64,000 bases of DNA from Capsulimonadaceae bacterium (GCA_036504535.1 DASXUY010000022.1:5650-69649); one strand, 5' to 3'. Counted from the stretch's first letter, positions 28,372 to 38,136 are shown. Notes: generated by a model from the letters alone, not told the origin. Translations and numbers: made by a program.

Positions 28372-29696
28372 TGGTGGATACCCTTCTCGATCGCGTCCTC
28401 TTCCAACCCGAATGCCGCGCGTATCGCGTCCAGCCGCTCGTAAGTCGACTCGCCGTCGCCGCCTGCGCTGCGCTTAATCGCGACCGTGGCCGAGTGCGCC
28501 ACCTTGTTGGCGTAGGCCTGCATGCTCGCCTCGACCGCCTTCATGTCGCGCTCCGAAAGGTGAGGGAACTTGGCCCGTAGCTTGGCCATCTCTTCCAGCC
28601 GCAGCGACTCCAGCCGCTGCCGGACCGCCACAACTAGTGGCGCCACTTCAAGCGACCGCCACCACGTCAAAAACTCGGTCACAGCGTGGTCGACGACGAC
28701 CTGCGCCTTCCCGATCTCCGCCGACCGCCCAGCCCTTGCTTCGGCGACCACCTGCTCAAGATCGTCAATGTTGAACAGATACACATTATCCATATCCCCG
28801 ACCGCCGACTCAACATCTCGGGGGACGGCAATGTCAATCAAGAACAGGGCACGGTTCCGACGCCCTTTCATCGCAGTTCGCACGAGGTCGCGGGTGACGA
28901 CGGGGTGCGGGGCTGCGGTGGAACAGATGACGATGTCAGATGACACTAATAAGCTGGGAAGCTCATCGAAGCTGCGCGCCTCGGCACCAGCGCCAAGCTG
29001 CTCGGCCAGTTGCTGAGCGCGCTCGAACGTGCGGTTGGCCACAAACACCGATGGGGTCCCGCGCGCCTGCAAGTGGCGTGCAGTGAGATCGCTCATCTTG
29101 CCCGCGCCAAGGATCAGCACCTTGTGCGACGCCAGCGAGTCGCCGAAGATCTGCCGCGCCAGCTCCACCGCCGCCGAGCCGATGCTGAATGCCCCCCGGC
29201 TAATCTCGGTATCGGTACGGACGCGTTTGCCGGCAGCAAGCGCGCTCTGTATCAAAGAGTTGAGGATCGCGCCGACGGAGCCTGCGGCTTGGGCAGCCGC
29301 ATATGCCGCCTTCACTTGAGCCAAAATCTGATACTCGCCGAGCACCATCGAGTCAAGCCCCGATGTCACATTCATCAGGTGATTCGCCGCAGCACCGTCG
29401 CGATACGTGTACGTGTGCCCCTCAATCAGGGGGCGCGCAATCCCGTGGAGCCCGACCAGAAAGCCGATCAGCTCGTCCTCGCCAAACGCTTCCCGGTCCG
29501 ATAGCGGGGCAGCGTCCTCGACCACACAGTAGATCTCCGTACGGTTGCACGTCGACAGTAGTACCGCCTCGCGGACACCGTCCATTGCTGTCAGCGAGCT
29601 AAGGCACGACGGTAGCGTGTGCTCAGGGATGACGACCCGCTCACGCACCTCGACAGGTGCGCTGGTATGGTTCACGCCAAATGCGATCAGATGCAA
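28368..29696 (-). CDS. hemA: Glutamyl-tRNA reductase.
   Basis: MHLIAFGVNHTSAPVEVRE...LSTCNRTEIY signature, an NADP-binding domain and a dimerisation helix. TTG start. Confidence 0.92.
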   Translation of the reverse strand: MHLIAFGVNHTSAPVEVRERVVIPEHTLPSCLSSLTAMDGVREAVLLSTCNRTEIYCVVEDAAPLSDREAFGEDELIGFLVGLHGIARPLIEGHTYTYRDGAAANHLMNVTSGLDSMVLGEYQILAQVKAAYAAAQAAGSVGAILNSLIQSALAAGKRVRTDTEISRGAFSIGSAAVELARQIFGDSLASHKVLILGAGKMSDLTARHLQARGTPSVFVANRTFERAQQLAEQLGAGAEARSFDELPSLLVSSDIVICSTAAPHPVVTRDLVRTAMKGRRNRALFLIDIAVPRDVESAVGDMDNVYLFNIDDLEQVVAEARAGRSAEIGKAQVVVDHAVTEFLTWWRSLEVAPLVVAVRQRLESLRLEEMAKLRAKFPHLSERDMKAVEASMQAYANKVAHSATVAIKRSAGGDGESTYERLDAIRAAFGLEEDAIEKGIHQ

Positions 29697-30107
29697 GACA
29701 AACCAGCCGTTTCGGACCCATCTTCCACGCGATCAACAGTGATCGGCGTGTCGTTACTCCACTCGCGGGCGGCAGGCGCGCGCTCCGAGCAAGGCTTGTT
29801 GTGAATCGAGTAATACATGGAATCGTTATCTTATTATGGGGTAGGTCCGCTCAGAAGTCAACCAACGCGCAAATCTGAACGCCAGTACGCCATTTGCACC
29901 CTGAATCAGAGTACATTACGATTCTTTGGGAGGTGAATGCAACTATATTGGCGCAATTGGTTCTAACACATTGAGGCGTATTCGGTCAATGAGACGCAAT
30001 CGCGAACGATTATCAACCGATATCGAAGCACGTCTTGCGGACTTCAGCCGACTCTTACTTAGCCGTCTGCGGCTAGACAAGCGTCCCTGAGACACGCTGG
30101 TTAAAGG

Positions 30108-30893
30108 ATGAGTGTAATGAACGGAGTCAACGACCTGACGACGTGGCAGTATTTGATCTTCGAGCTACCGCTTGCTGCTGGCGCATTCATGATCATCATG
30201 ACAGTCGTGCATCCACACGGTGATCATGGTGATGGACACGGGGCCGATGCAGGGCACGGTGACATGGGGCACGGAGATGCTGGCCACGGGCACGTTGGGA
30301 TTACCGATGCCGGGCACGGGCACGACATCGGGCATTCGCATCCGGGGCATGTGCACATCGATCACGCCGCGCATCCTCCGCATGGCCCGGGGCACGGTCA
30401 CGCTCACGGCCACGCGGCGAGCCATGGCAGAGACGTGGGCGGGTTTATCCTTGGGCTATTCGGTGCCCGGAAAGCGCCGCTGCCATTGGTGCTCGAAGCT
30501 GGGCTGCTTGGCTGGGGCGTGTTCGGCTTCTGCGCCAACATGTTCTTCCAGGTCGGCGCTTCGCCATCGGCGTTGCTGGCTATGCCTGCAATAGCCGTCG
30601 CCGCAGTCGGCGGTTTTGCCACGATGCATATTGCAGGTGCCACATTCGCCCGCTTTATGCCGGAGGATGAGTCGTCGGCGTTGAGCCGAAACTCCTTGTT
30701 CGGAATAGCTGGGGAGGTCGTCTACCCGGTCAGCGAAACTGGTGGCCGCATCCACGTTTACGACCCGTACGGCACGATGCACGACGAATCGTGCCGCGTT
30801 GCCGCAGGGCAGCAGACCATCGAACGGGGCCGTCGGGCAATGGTTGTCGATATCGACGCCAAAGGCACTCTCATTGTAGAAGAGGCGCCATAG
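30108..30893 (+). CDS. NfeD-like membrane protein with an extremely His-rich low-complexity segment; upstream partner of a flotillin.
   Basis: N-terminal transmembrane helix. A ~70-aa segment with ~27 His (HGDHGDGHGADAGHGDMGHGDAGHGH...GHGHAHGH). Membrane region, then a C-terminal NfeD-type beta-barrel (GEVVYPVSETGGRIHV...GRRAMVVDIDAKGTLIVEE). The real start may be the ATG at 30117. Confidence 0.65.
   Translation: MSVMNGVNDLTTWQYLIFELPLAAGAFMIIMTVVHPHGDHGDGHGADAGHGDMGHGDAGHGHVGITDAGHGHDIGHSHPGHVHIDHAAHPPHGPGHGHAHGHAASHGRDVGGFILGLFGARKAPLPLVLEAGLLGWGVFGFCANMFFQVGASPSALLAMPAIAVAAVGGFATMHIAGATFARFMPEDESSALSRNSLFGIAGEVVYPVSETGGRIHVYDPYGTMHDESCRVAAGQQTIERGRRAMVVDIDAKGTLIVEEAP
30205..30420 (+). repeat. 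Imperfect short tandem repeats (ggncacggnga...) encoding the His/Gly/Asp-rich region.
   Basis: Reiterated GGGCACGG/GGACACGG units read directly in the sequence. Confidence 0.6.
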
Positions 30894-30958
30894 CGAGCGC
30901 TTACTAATCATCGCTAGCTGTCGGCGGAACAGCCGCCGACACGGGAAAGAGGCATATC

Positions 30959-32977
30959 ATGTTCGCAGTGTCGCTTATAATTGTAGGTTTGCTACTCATT
31001 TTTGCTCCCATAGGAGCGAGTGCCATGACTGGCGCTCACAATATCCTGGGAACGCTCATTTGTATGATTTCTGGTCTTGCCCTTGCGCTCGTCGGGCTTG
31101 TTGTCGCCGTCTGGCAGGCGTGGTATCGACGCACCAGCGCTGACCAGGCGTTCGTCCGCACAGGCAAGGGCGGAAGTCGCGTTGTGCTCGATGGCGGCAC
31201 ACTTGTTGTACCGATGTTCCACCGGGTCATCGAGATCAACCTCAAGACCATGAAACTTGGCGTCAACCCGCGAGGCGCTAATGCGCTGATCACCCGCGAT
31301 AACCTTCGCGCCAACGTCCTTGCACAGTTCTATATTCGAGTTGCCGCCGACGAGGAGCATATCCTCAACGCTGCCCGCTCGCTTGGCGAAAACAGCGTTA
31401 ATGCGGAAGCTGTCGAGGCGCTCGTTAGCGAAAAGCTCGTGTCGGCCCTCCGCGCAATCGCATCGCAAATGGACCTTTTCGAGATCCATACGAAGCGCGA
31501 CGAGTTCGCGGAAAAGGTCAAAGAGCATGTCAAGTCCGACCTTGAGGCGAACGGCTTGTTACTGGAGTCGGTCACCATCTCCGAACTCGACCAAACGGAT
31601 CCGTCCGAGCTGAGCGACAACAACGTGTTCGACGCGCAAGGTAAGCGCAAGATCACCGAGATTACGGCAGCTGCGGCAATCGAGCGCAATAATCTGGAGC
31701 GCGACGCGGAACGTGCCCGAAAGATCAAGGACGTCGATACGCGGCAGCAAGTGCTCGCCCTTGAGCGCCAGCAGGCTGAGGCCGAGGCGTCGCAGGCAAC
31801 AGAAATCGCCAAAGTACGGGCCGATAAAGAGCGCGAGGCGCAGGAGGCCGTCATCACCCAGCAGCGGCAGGTTGAATTGGCCAAGATCGAGAAAGAGCGC
31901 CAGGTGCAGGCGCAGGAGATCGCCCGCGAGCAGGCCATCGAAGTAGCACGCACGCAGCAAGAGCAAGCCGTTCAAGCCGCCCAGGTCCAGCGCGACGGCG
32001 CCATTCAAATGGCAAATGTCGAGCGCGAGAAGTCCGTCGCCGTTGCGGATCGCCAGCGAGAGATTGCGCTCGCCGAACAGGAGATGGCGCGAGCCAAGGC
32101 CGAAGAGGCCGCACTTAACGCCAGTGCTGAGCGAGAAAAGGCAGGCCAGCAGGTCACGACAGTCACGCAGCTCGCAGAGGCAGACCGAGAGGCGAGCAAG
32201 AAGATCATCGCCGCCAAGCAGGAGATCGAGCAAGGACGACTGCGCCAGCAAACAGCCGCTGACATCGAGGCCTATACAAAGGTGAAGCAAGCCGAGGCCG
32301 AACGAGAAGCGGCGACCAAGCAGGCGGAGGCGAAACTGCAACTCGCACAGGCTGAATCAGCGTCTATGGAGCAGATCTCGAAGGGCCAAAACGCGCTCCA
32401 AATGGTTGCGGTCAACGTAGCCCGAGAGCAGGTCAACGTCGAGCAGGCCAAGGTCGCCGTGGAACGCCAGCAGCTTGAGAACCGGCAAGAGTTCGCCGAG
32501 GCTGGCATCCAGCTTGAGATCCAGCGCCTGACCATCCAGGCCGGCCGAGATGTCCAGATGGAGTTCGCAAGGTCGCTGGCGGCGTTCCTCAGCAACGGCC
32601 ACATGACCCTCTACGGCACACCGGAAACCGCGACGACTATGCTCGACAATATGTCGAAAGGCTTCGCGGCAAGGTCCCTCGTCGACGGCTTCATCAGCGG
32701 CCCCGCGTCGAACGGATCTTCCGGTGACGGCCTATCAACCCTGCTTTCCGGCATGGGGAGCATTTTGCAGCCGATGATCGACAAGGCATCAGGAGGCACA
32801 AAACTGTCGCCGGACGCTGCGGCGGACCTAGCACGCAACCTTGCAAACAACCCCGTGTTCCTTGCGGTGCTCAACGAGGCTGTTCAGAAAGCACCCTCGG
32901 AATCGCCCGCCACAGCCGCGCCGGCAGCCGAACCCAAGGCAGCCGCCGCCGACGGAGCAAGCGCCAAACGCAAATAA
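30959..32977 (+). CDS. Flotillin-like SPFH/band-7 protein (FloT/YuaG-like) with a long coiled-coil.
   Basis: N-terminal transmembrane segment. SPFH domain. An EA/QA-rich coiled-coil (EAEASQATEIAKVRADKEREAQEAVITQQRQVELAKIEKERQ...). Follows an NfeD gene, as in yuaF-floT. Confidence 0.8.
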   Translation: MFAVSLIIVGLLLIFAPIGASAMTGAHNILGTLICMISGLALALVGLVVAVWQAWYRRTSADQAFVRTGKGGSRVVLDGGTLVVPMFHRVIEINLKTMKLGVNPRGANALITRDNLRANVLAQFYIRVAADEEHILNAARSLGENSVNAEAVEALVSEKLVSALRAIASQMDLFEIHTKRDEFAEKVKEHVKSDLEANGLLLESVTISELDQTDPSELSDNNVFDAQGKRKITEITAAAAIERNNLERDAERARKIKDVDTRQQVLALERQQAEAEASQATEIAKVRADKEREAQEAVITQQRQVELAKIEKERQVQAQEIAREQAIEVARTQQEQAVQAAQVQRDGAIQMANVEREKSVAVADRQREIALAEQEMARAKAEEAALNASAEREKAGQQVTTVTQLAEADREASKKIIAAKQEIEQGRLRQQTAADIEAYTKVKQAEAEREAATKQAEAKLQLAQAESASMEQISKGQNALQMVAVNVAREQVNVEQAKVAVERQQLENRQEFAEAGIQLEIQRLTIQAGRDVQMEFARSLAAFLSNGHMTLYGTPETATTMLDNMSKGFAARSLVDGFISGPASNGSSGDGLSTLLSGMGSILQPMIDKASGGTKLSPDAAADLARNLANNPVFLAVLNEAVQKAPSESPATAAPAAEPKAAAADGASAKRK

Positions 32978-33007
32978 GCCATTGCAGCCAATCAATTTGG
33001 CACGATC

Positions 33008-33040
33008 TAGGCCCGCCATCGGCAACGCTGGCGGGCTTAG
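33008..33040 (+). terminator. Possible terminator hairpin after the flotillin gene.
   Basis: GCCCGCCA-tcggcaacgc-TGGCGGGC followed by ttaggcatt. The U-tract is weak. Confidence 0.3.
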
Positions 33041-33209
33041 GCATTAGTACAACCAACAAATCCATCACTCTCACCCTCGCCAAACCCACTCCACACCCCG
33101 TCCCCCACCGCGAAGCGATCCAAAAAAGGCCCGCCCGGCCTGAGAGGGCTCCTACCATCTCTCCCCCTCACACGCAGGATTCACCATCAAAAACGAGTAA
33201 CATTCTCAC

Positions 33210-33929
33210 GTGGACGCAACCGTACTCCAACATTTTGCTCCGTTCACCCTATCGTCGGCCTGCTATGCCGCCGGATACAGCGTCGGGCTGGGCGCGTTCG
33301 CGTGGATGGCGCATCGGCGGCGGTTGTGGACGTCGGGGATGATCCGCCTGATGGCGGCGGGGCTGATCGGCGGCCTCGTTTTCGCCAATCTCGCCCAGCT
33401 TATCTTCGCTCACGAGCCTGGCAAGTCGGTCTTGGGGGCGCTAGCGGGTGGGTATCTCGTGGTCGCGATCTACAAACGCCGCCTCGGCATCCGACGCGCG
33501 ACTGGCGACCTCTTCGCTGTGGCGCTCTCGGCTGGGGAGGCTGTGGGGCGGTTTGGCTGCCTTTTCGGCGGCTGCTGCTACGGCCGCGCAACGGCTATGC
33601 CGTGGGCCATCGCGCAGCACGGAGCCATGCGCCACCCCACGCAGCTTTACCTTGCGGCGGCAAGCGCAGCTATTCTAGCGGTTCTGCTTGTGCTGGAGCG
33701 GCGACGCCCGCCGGAGAATACGCTGTTCTATGTGCAAGGTGTTCTCTATTGCACCGCCCGTTTTACCATCGAGTTCTTCCGTGACACCAGCACCCTCGCC
33801 CTGGGGCTGACGTCGGCGCAATGGGCCTGCATCGCTGGCGTCGCCTTCTTCGGCACGATGCTCGCTCGGCTGCGTCAAGTGGAGGCAGCGCGGGCAGGAG
33901 GGACTGCGTCGGAGGCGGCGACAGCATGA
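33210..33929 (+). CDS. lgt: Prolipoprotein diacylglyceryl transferase (Lgt) family.
   Basis: Polytopic membrane protein. GRFGCLFGGCCYGR...PWAI...RHPTQLYL matches the Lgt signature region (GRxGxFxNxE / HPTQLYE); this is a Cys-containing variant. GTG start. The TGA overlaps the ATG of the next gene. Confidence 0.65.
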   Translation: MDATVLQHFAPFTLSSACYAAGYSVGLGAFAWMAHRRRLWTSGMIRLMAAGLIGGLVFANLAQLIFAHEPGKSVLGALAGGYLVVAIYKRRLGIRRATGDLFAVALSAGEAVGRFGCLFGGCCYGRATAMPWAIAQHGAMRHPTQLYLAAASAAILAVLLVLERRRPPENTLFYVQGVLYCTARFTIEFFRDTSTLALGLTSAQWACIAGVAFFGTMLARLRQVEAARAGGTASEAATA

Positions 33930-34342
33930 TGCGATGTTCGAACTGCAATGCCGAGGTATTCAACAATAAGACTGTGTGCCCAAACTGCGGCAATAACGTT
34001 CCGACAGCCACACCAACGCCTTTTACCGACGACCTACCGGCAATTACGAACTCGCAACGCCTGCCAGATCGCGAGGCATATTTTGCGGGGGTGTGGTTAG
34101 CCATCTTCACTGTTATTCTCGCCAGTATCGTAACGATGGCAACAGGAGCGTGGCCGCTGTTCTTTGCTGGTCCGATATCAGCGTTACTGCTCTCCTTTCG
34201 CCAGCGGGCAAGTTCTCCAGATAATGCACGTGGATTGATCATGGGTCTTGTTTATTGCTTTGGCGGCGTCGCGACACTTTACCTGGGGGCACTTGCTTTG
34301 TGTAGAGTCGCCGCACTGTATCTGGTGATGCTCGCGCAATAA
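33926..34342 (+). CDS. Zinc-ribbon membrane protein, array member 1 of 14.
   Basis: MMRCSNCNAEVFNNKTVCPNCGNNV, then transmembrane helices, then ...DNARGLIMG... and a C-terminal LALC. The ATG overlaps the lgt stop (ATGA). Confidence 0.7.
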   Translation: MMRCSNCNAEVFNNKTVCPNCGNNVPTATPTPFTDDLPAITNSQRLPDREAYFAGVWLAIFTVILASIVTMATGAWPLFFAGPISALLLSFRQRASSPDNARGLIMGLVYCFGGVATLYLGALALCRVAALYLVMLAQ

Positions 34343-34365
34343 GGCGTTGCGGGAGTTCGGTGATC

Positions 34366-34926
34366 ATGGTTATCAAATGCCCTAACTGTGCGAGCAACAT
34401 TTCCGAGGATACAATCATCTGTCCGGAATGCGGCTACAAGCCCATGACGGATTTGTCGCTGGAAGTCAGTGGGGAATCACAGGAACCGATTGGTTGCGTG
34501 CAACCTGCCAAATGCCCAAACTGTGCCGCTAGCATACCAGAGGGTGCGATCCTGTGCCCGGAATGCGGCTACGATACCAAGACCATTTGGCCGCCGTCCC
34601 CAAGAGGTCGATTCGCCTCGCCAGCGGCGACAACTGGTGCCGAAAAGCGTGCTCGTGCAGGCGGCGTTGTGGTCTCGGTAGCGGTTCTCGTGCTTTTCGG
34701 CGTCGTTTCGTCACAGCTAGGCTACGGTCCGATTGTCTTTTTGGGCCCTTTAGCGGTGCTGGCGATATCATCATTAACAAGCGAGCACTACCCACAATTC
34801 GCTGTGGGGCTTCGTATCACTCTCAAGTTTGTACGTGGAGCGATAATCATCGTGGTCCTGGGCGCCCTCGGCGCGTTTTCAATATGCGTATGTTTTTGGC
34901 TGTTGGAGGCGCTATTTCATCGATGA
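34366..34926 (+). CDS. Zinc-ribbon membrane protein, array member 2 (duplicated zinc ribbon).
   Basis: MVIKCPNCASNISEDTIICPECGY followed by a second ribbon KCPNCAASIPEGAILCPECGY, then 2-3 transmembrane helices. GGGAG ribosome-binding site. Confidence 0.7.
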   Translation: MVIKCPNCASNISEDTIICPECGYKPMTDLSLEVSGESQEPIGCVQPAKCPNCAASIPEGAILCPECGYDTKTIWPPSPRGRFASPAATTGAEKRARAGGVVVSVAVLVLFGVVSSQLGYGPIVFLGPLAVLAISSLTSEHYPQFAVGLRITLKFVRGAIIIVVLGALGAFSICVCFWLLEALFHR

Positions 34927-35321
34927 CCGCCAAATGCCCACACTGTGCTGCCGACATACCGGGGCGCCCCACGCTGTGTCCGAACTGCGGTCACAAGATC
35001 ACGGCGGCGTGGACCCAGCGTTTAGGGCTTATGCCGCTCAATATGGACGCCGATCTGCGTCCCTTTTTTGCCGGAATTAGGGCGCCCATTTTACTTGTAG
35101 TTCTATTCACCTGGCTCGCGTTCCAGTTCAACGACTGGGAGCTAGGGTTTGGCGGCCCGGCGACAGCGCTCACAGCTGCTGCGGCGTTGTGGTGGAAGCA
35201 CCGTCAACTTTCGCGCGGCCTCGGCATGGGCATCATGTGGATATTGGCGACAATCGGCGTGATATTCCTCGGCGCTCTGGTGATCTGCGGCGTTGAGACG
35301 GCGATTGGGGCGAACAAGTGA
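34923..35321 (+). CDS. Zinc-ribbon membrane protein, array member 3.
   Basis: MTAKCPHCAADIPGRPTLCPNCGH, transmembrane helices, RQLSRGLGMG, C-terminal LVICGV. The ATG overlaps the previous stop (ATGA). Confidence 0.7.
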   Translation: MTAKCPHCAADIPGRPTLCPNCGHKITAAWTQRLGLMPLNMDADLRPFFAGIRAPILLVVLFTWLAFQFNDWELGFGGPATALTAAAALWWKHRQLSRGLGMGIMWILATIGVIFLGALVICGVETAIGANK

Positions 35322-35328
35322 GACGGCA

Positions 35329-35718
35329 ATGACAACCAAATGCCCTAACTGCGCTACTGGCATCTGCGGTGACGAAAAGATGTGCCCGAACTGTGGCAAG
35401 CTCGTGCTGATTCAAGCCGTTGGGTCGTCTGGCACGAGAAGCTCTCTCGGCGCAATCGGCTGCTTTCAAGCCTTTATTTTGGTGTTGATTGCTATGTTGG
35501 CGATTGATCGTATTGCCAACATAGCATGGGAGAGGAAGTCATTTCTCGTGTATGCCGTCGGCTCTCTTGCCGTTTTGGCAGCGATCGTCGCCGCAAAGGC
35601 ACGGTTGCCGCGCTTCGCAAGTAATGTCCTTGTTGTTGTGCTTGTCTTCACCTTGATCGTCGCGATGATGGGCTTGGGAGCATTCGTGGCCTGTTGGGGA
35701 CCGGGGAACGGCTTATGA
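35329..35718 (+). CDS. Zinc-ribbon membrane protein, array member 4.
   Basis: MTTKCPNCATGICGDEKMCPNCGK, transmembrane helices, KARLPRFASN, C-terminal FVACWG. Confidence 0.7.
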   Translation: MTTKCPNCATGICGDEKMCPNCGKLVLIQAVGSSGTRSSLGAIGCFQAFILVLIAMLAIDRIANIAWERKSFLVYAVGSLAVLAAIVAAKARLPRFASNVLVVVLVFTLIVAMMGLGAFVACWGPGNGL

Positions 35719-36116
35719 CCATCAAATGCCCAAACTGCGCTACTAGCATCTCCAATGACGTGGCCCTGTGTCCGGAATGCGGCTGCGAAATCGCGGTGGA
35801 TGCGTCGGCTGTCAAGAACGAGATGGCTACACCATCGGGGAAAAGTGTTCCGCCAATCTGGTACCGCACGCCAGCCGCGATTTACATCTGGATAGGTGGT
35901 TTAGGTATGGTGTTTATAATCGCTGCTCTTCAGCGGACATTGGCGTCATTCTTCTGTGGCCTGACCTTATACTTCGTGGTTGCTACGGTCGCGATCTGGA
36001 AGGCGCCCCGTAGTCCAAAACGGACCATAGACTTGGTCTTGTTACTGTTGTTGATGGCAACTCTGATTTGCCTAAGTGGTTTCTTTACTTGCTGTGCTGT
36101 GATTTCGAAGGACTGA
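35715..36116 (+). CDS. Zinc-ribbon membrane protein, array member 5.
   Basis: MTIKCPNCATSISNDVALCPECGC, three transmembrane helices, KAPRSPKR, C-terminal FFTCCAV. ATGA overlap with the previous gene. Confidence 0.7.
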   Translation: MTIKCPNCATSISNDVALCPECGCEIAVDASAVKNEMATPSGKSVPPIWYRTPAAIYIWIGGLGMVFIIAALQRTLASFFCGLTLYFVVATVAIWKAPRSPKRTIDLVLLLLLMATLICLSGFFTCCAVISKD

Positions 36117-36124
36117 GCGGCTCA

Positions 36125-36532
36125 ATGACAACCAAATGCGCGAACTGTGGCGAGCCGCTCTCTAGCGACGATAAGCTATGCCCGAACTGCGGGGCGGCAC
36201 TGGGCGAGATGTGGCCGCCGCCGCCCTCGTCTCGGGGCGACGAGCTTCCGGGCCCAGCTAGAAGCTTGCCACCGTGGCTTCAGTGCTTGATAGGCGTCTT
36301 TATTGTCTTCGCTCTTTCTACTGGACTGGCGTTGGTAGCGAGAGAAGCTAAGCTGTTCTCCGTTTATGCGGTCGGTGTTGGGCTTCTTCTACTGGTCGCG
36401 ATTATAGCCGTTCGAAACTCACCTGGATTCAAAAAGAACTCAGTGGCCGTAGCCGCTCTCTTCCTCGGTGGGTCGCTGGTCGTATTCTGGAATGGCTTAA
36501 TAACGTGCTACGGTATTTTTCGGCACAGATAA
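36125..36532 (+). CDS. Zinc-ribbon membrane protein, array member 6.
   Basis: MTTKCANCGEPLSSDDKLCPNCGA, transmembrane helices, RNSPGFKKN, C-terminal LITCYG. Confidence 0.7.
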   Translation: MTTKCANCGEPLSSDDKLCPNCGAALGEMWPPPPSSRGDELPGPARSLPPWLQCLIGVFIVFALSTGLALVAREAKLFSVYAVGVGLLLLVAIIAVRNSPGFKKNSVAVAALFLGGSLVVFWNGLITCYGIFRHR

Positions 36533-36537
36533 ACGCT

Positions 36538-36927
36538 ATGACCATCAAATGCCCAAACTGCGCTAGCGCCATTCCCGAGGACACGGCACTGTGTCCGGAA
36601 TGTGGCTACGAGCACGTCGCCGACTGGCCGCACGTTACGATGGGCGAAGCATATGGTCCGCTTGGCTGCCTTCAGACATTCTTGGTTGTGTTCGCAACGT
36701 TGCTCGCGATCGCAGGGGTCGGCTATATCGCGGCGGAGAAGAGCTCGCTCATCGTATATATCATCGGGGCGGCGTGCGTTGTGCTGGCAAGTGCCCTCGC
36801 AACCCGTCGGTTACCGCGAATAATGAAGAACACCCAGGCACTTCTGTTCGTGATCATTGTAATTGGGGTTATGACCTGGTTTGGCGCTTTCGTGACATGT
36901 TCTAGGTCGATGGGGCCCGTATGGTAA
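36538..36927 (+). CDS. Zinc-ribbon membrane protein, array member 7.
   Basis: MTIKCPNCASAIPEDTALCPECGY, transmembrane helices, RRLPRIMKN, C-terminal FVTCSR. Confidence 0.7.
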   Translation: MTIKCPNCASAIPEDTALCPECGYEHVADWPHVTMGEAYGPLGCLQTFLVVFATLLAIAGVGYIAAEKSSLIVYIIGAACVVLASALATRRLPRIMKNTQALLFVIIVIGVMTWFGAFVTCSRSMGPVW

Positions 36928-37322
36928 CCAAATGCCCAAACTGCGCCGCGACGCTTACTGGCGACGAAACCTTGTGCCCGAACTGCGGACACGAGATCGC
37001 TAGCGCATGGCCGCCCCCGCTCGCCGAAGAGCTGCCGGATATGCCCAAGTTCCCGCCGCAACGCGATACGCAGGCGTATAATGCTGGCGGCTTAGCATCA
37101 CTTGGTCTCGTGTTCCTATCGCTTTACCTTGCGTCGGTTACTGGAAAGTGGCTGGTCATCTGTGTGGGCCCAATCATCGCGTTCTTGTGTGCTGCGTACC
37201 AATGGAATAGATATCGCGACCTGGCACGCGGGCTGATCATGGGCGTCGTCATCTTTTACGGAGGCGTCGCGGTACTCTGGCTGGGACTGCTTGCTATTTG
37301 TAGCTGGGGTACATACCGATGA
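36921..37322 (+). CDS. Zinc-ribbon membrane protein, array member 8 (nearly identical to member 9).
   Basis: MVTKCPNCAATLTGDETLCPNCGH...NRYRDLARGLIMG...LAICSW. Overlaps the previous gene by 7 nt (ATGGTAA). Confidence 0.75.
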   Translation: MVTKCPNCAATLTGDETLCPNCGHEIASAWPPPLAEELPDMPKFPPQRDTQAYNAGGLASLGLVFLSLYLASVTGKWLVICVGPIIAFLCAAYQWNRYRDLARGLIMGVVIFYGGVAVLWLGLLAICSWGTYR

Positions 37323-37723
37323 CACCCAACTGCCCAAACTGTACCGCGAAGCTTATCGGCGACCAAACCCTGTGCCCGAACTGCGGACACGAGATCGCTA
37401 GCGCATGGCCGCCCCCGCTTGCCGAAGAGCTGCCGGATATGCCCAAGTTCCCGCCGCAACGCGATACGCAGGCGTATAATGCTGGCGGCTTAGCATCACT
37501 CGGTCTCGTGTTCCTATCGCTTTACCTTGCGTCGGTTTCCGGAAAGTGGCCGGTAATTCTGGTTGGCCCCATCATCTCATTCTTGTGTGCCGCGCACCAA
37601 TGGAATAGATATCGTGATCTCGCACGCGGCCTGATCATGGGCGTCGTCCTCTTTTACGGCGGCGTCGCGGTACTCTGGCTTGGACTCCTTGTTATTTGTA
37701 GTAATATGGCAGGATACCGATGA
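37319..37723 (+). CDS. Zinc-ribbon membrane protein, array member 9 (recent tandem duplicate of member 8).
   Basis: MTPNCPNCTAKLIGDQTLCPNCGH. About 90% identical to member 8 at nucleotide and protein level. ATGA overlap. Confidence 0.75.
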   Translation: MTPNCPNCTAKLIGDQTLCPNCGHEIASAWPPPLAEELPDMPKFPPQRDTQAYNAGGLASLGLVFLSLYLASVSGKWPVILVGPIISFLCAAHQWNRYRDLARGLIMGVVLFYGGVAVLWLGLLVICSNMAGYR

Positions 37724-38136
37724 CACCCACATGCCCAAACTGCTCTGCGACGCTTACCGGTGCCGAGACCCTGTGTCCGGAATGCGGGTTCTCGCTACTG
37801 GGTGTCTGGCCGCCGCCGCCCGACACAGTACCGGCACCAGCGCCGAAGCGCACATGGCGCGAACGGCGTCCGTATATTCTCGGCAACGTGGCCGGCATCG
37901 CGATCATTCTAGGGTCCATATTCCTCACCGGTTTTATCGATGCTTGGTGGCTATTCCTCGTGGGAATTGGACTCTCTGGGATCATCGGTCGGTTAATTCA
38001 ACCTCGCGCACCTGAATTCGGGCGGGGTATGTCCATCAGCCCGCTATACTTTGTCCTCATCGTCGCCGTTCTGATCCTCGGCGCACTCGCCACCTGCTTC
38101 GTGGGCCTGCTGTTTAGCCGCGCTCATTCGCCGTAA
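37720..38136 (+). CDS. Zinc-ribbon membrane protein, array member 10.
   Basis: MTPTCPNCSATLTGAETLCPECGF...RAPEFGRGMSISP...LATCFV. ATGA overlap. Confidence 0.7.
   Translation: MTPTCPNCSATLTGAETLCPECGFSLLGVWPPPPDTVPAPAPKRTWRERRPYILGNVAGIAIILGSIFLTGFIDAWWLFLVGIGLSGIIGRLIQPRAPEFGRGMSISPLYFVLIVAVLILGALATCFVGLLFSRAHSP

Noticed and set aside
34554-35321. A 255-aa ORF spanning two array genes in another frame at its 5' end.
   Set aside because: Only the 3' part (34923-35321) matches the family architecture. The 5' portion is the shadow frame of member 2.
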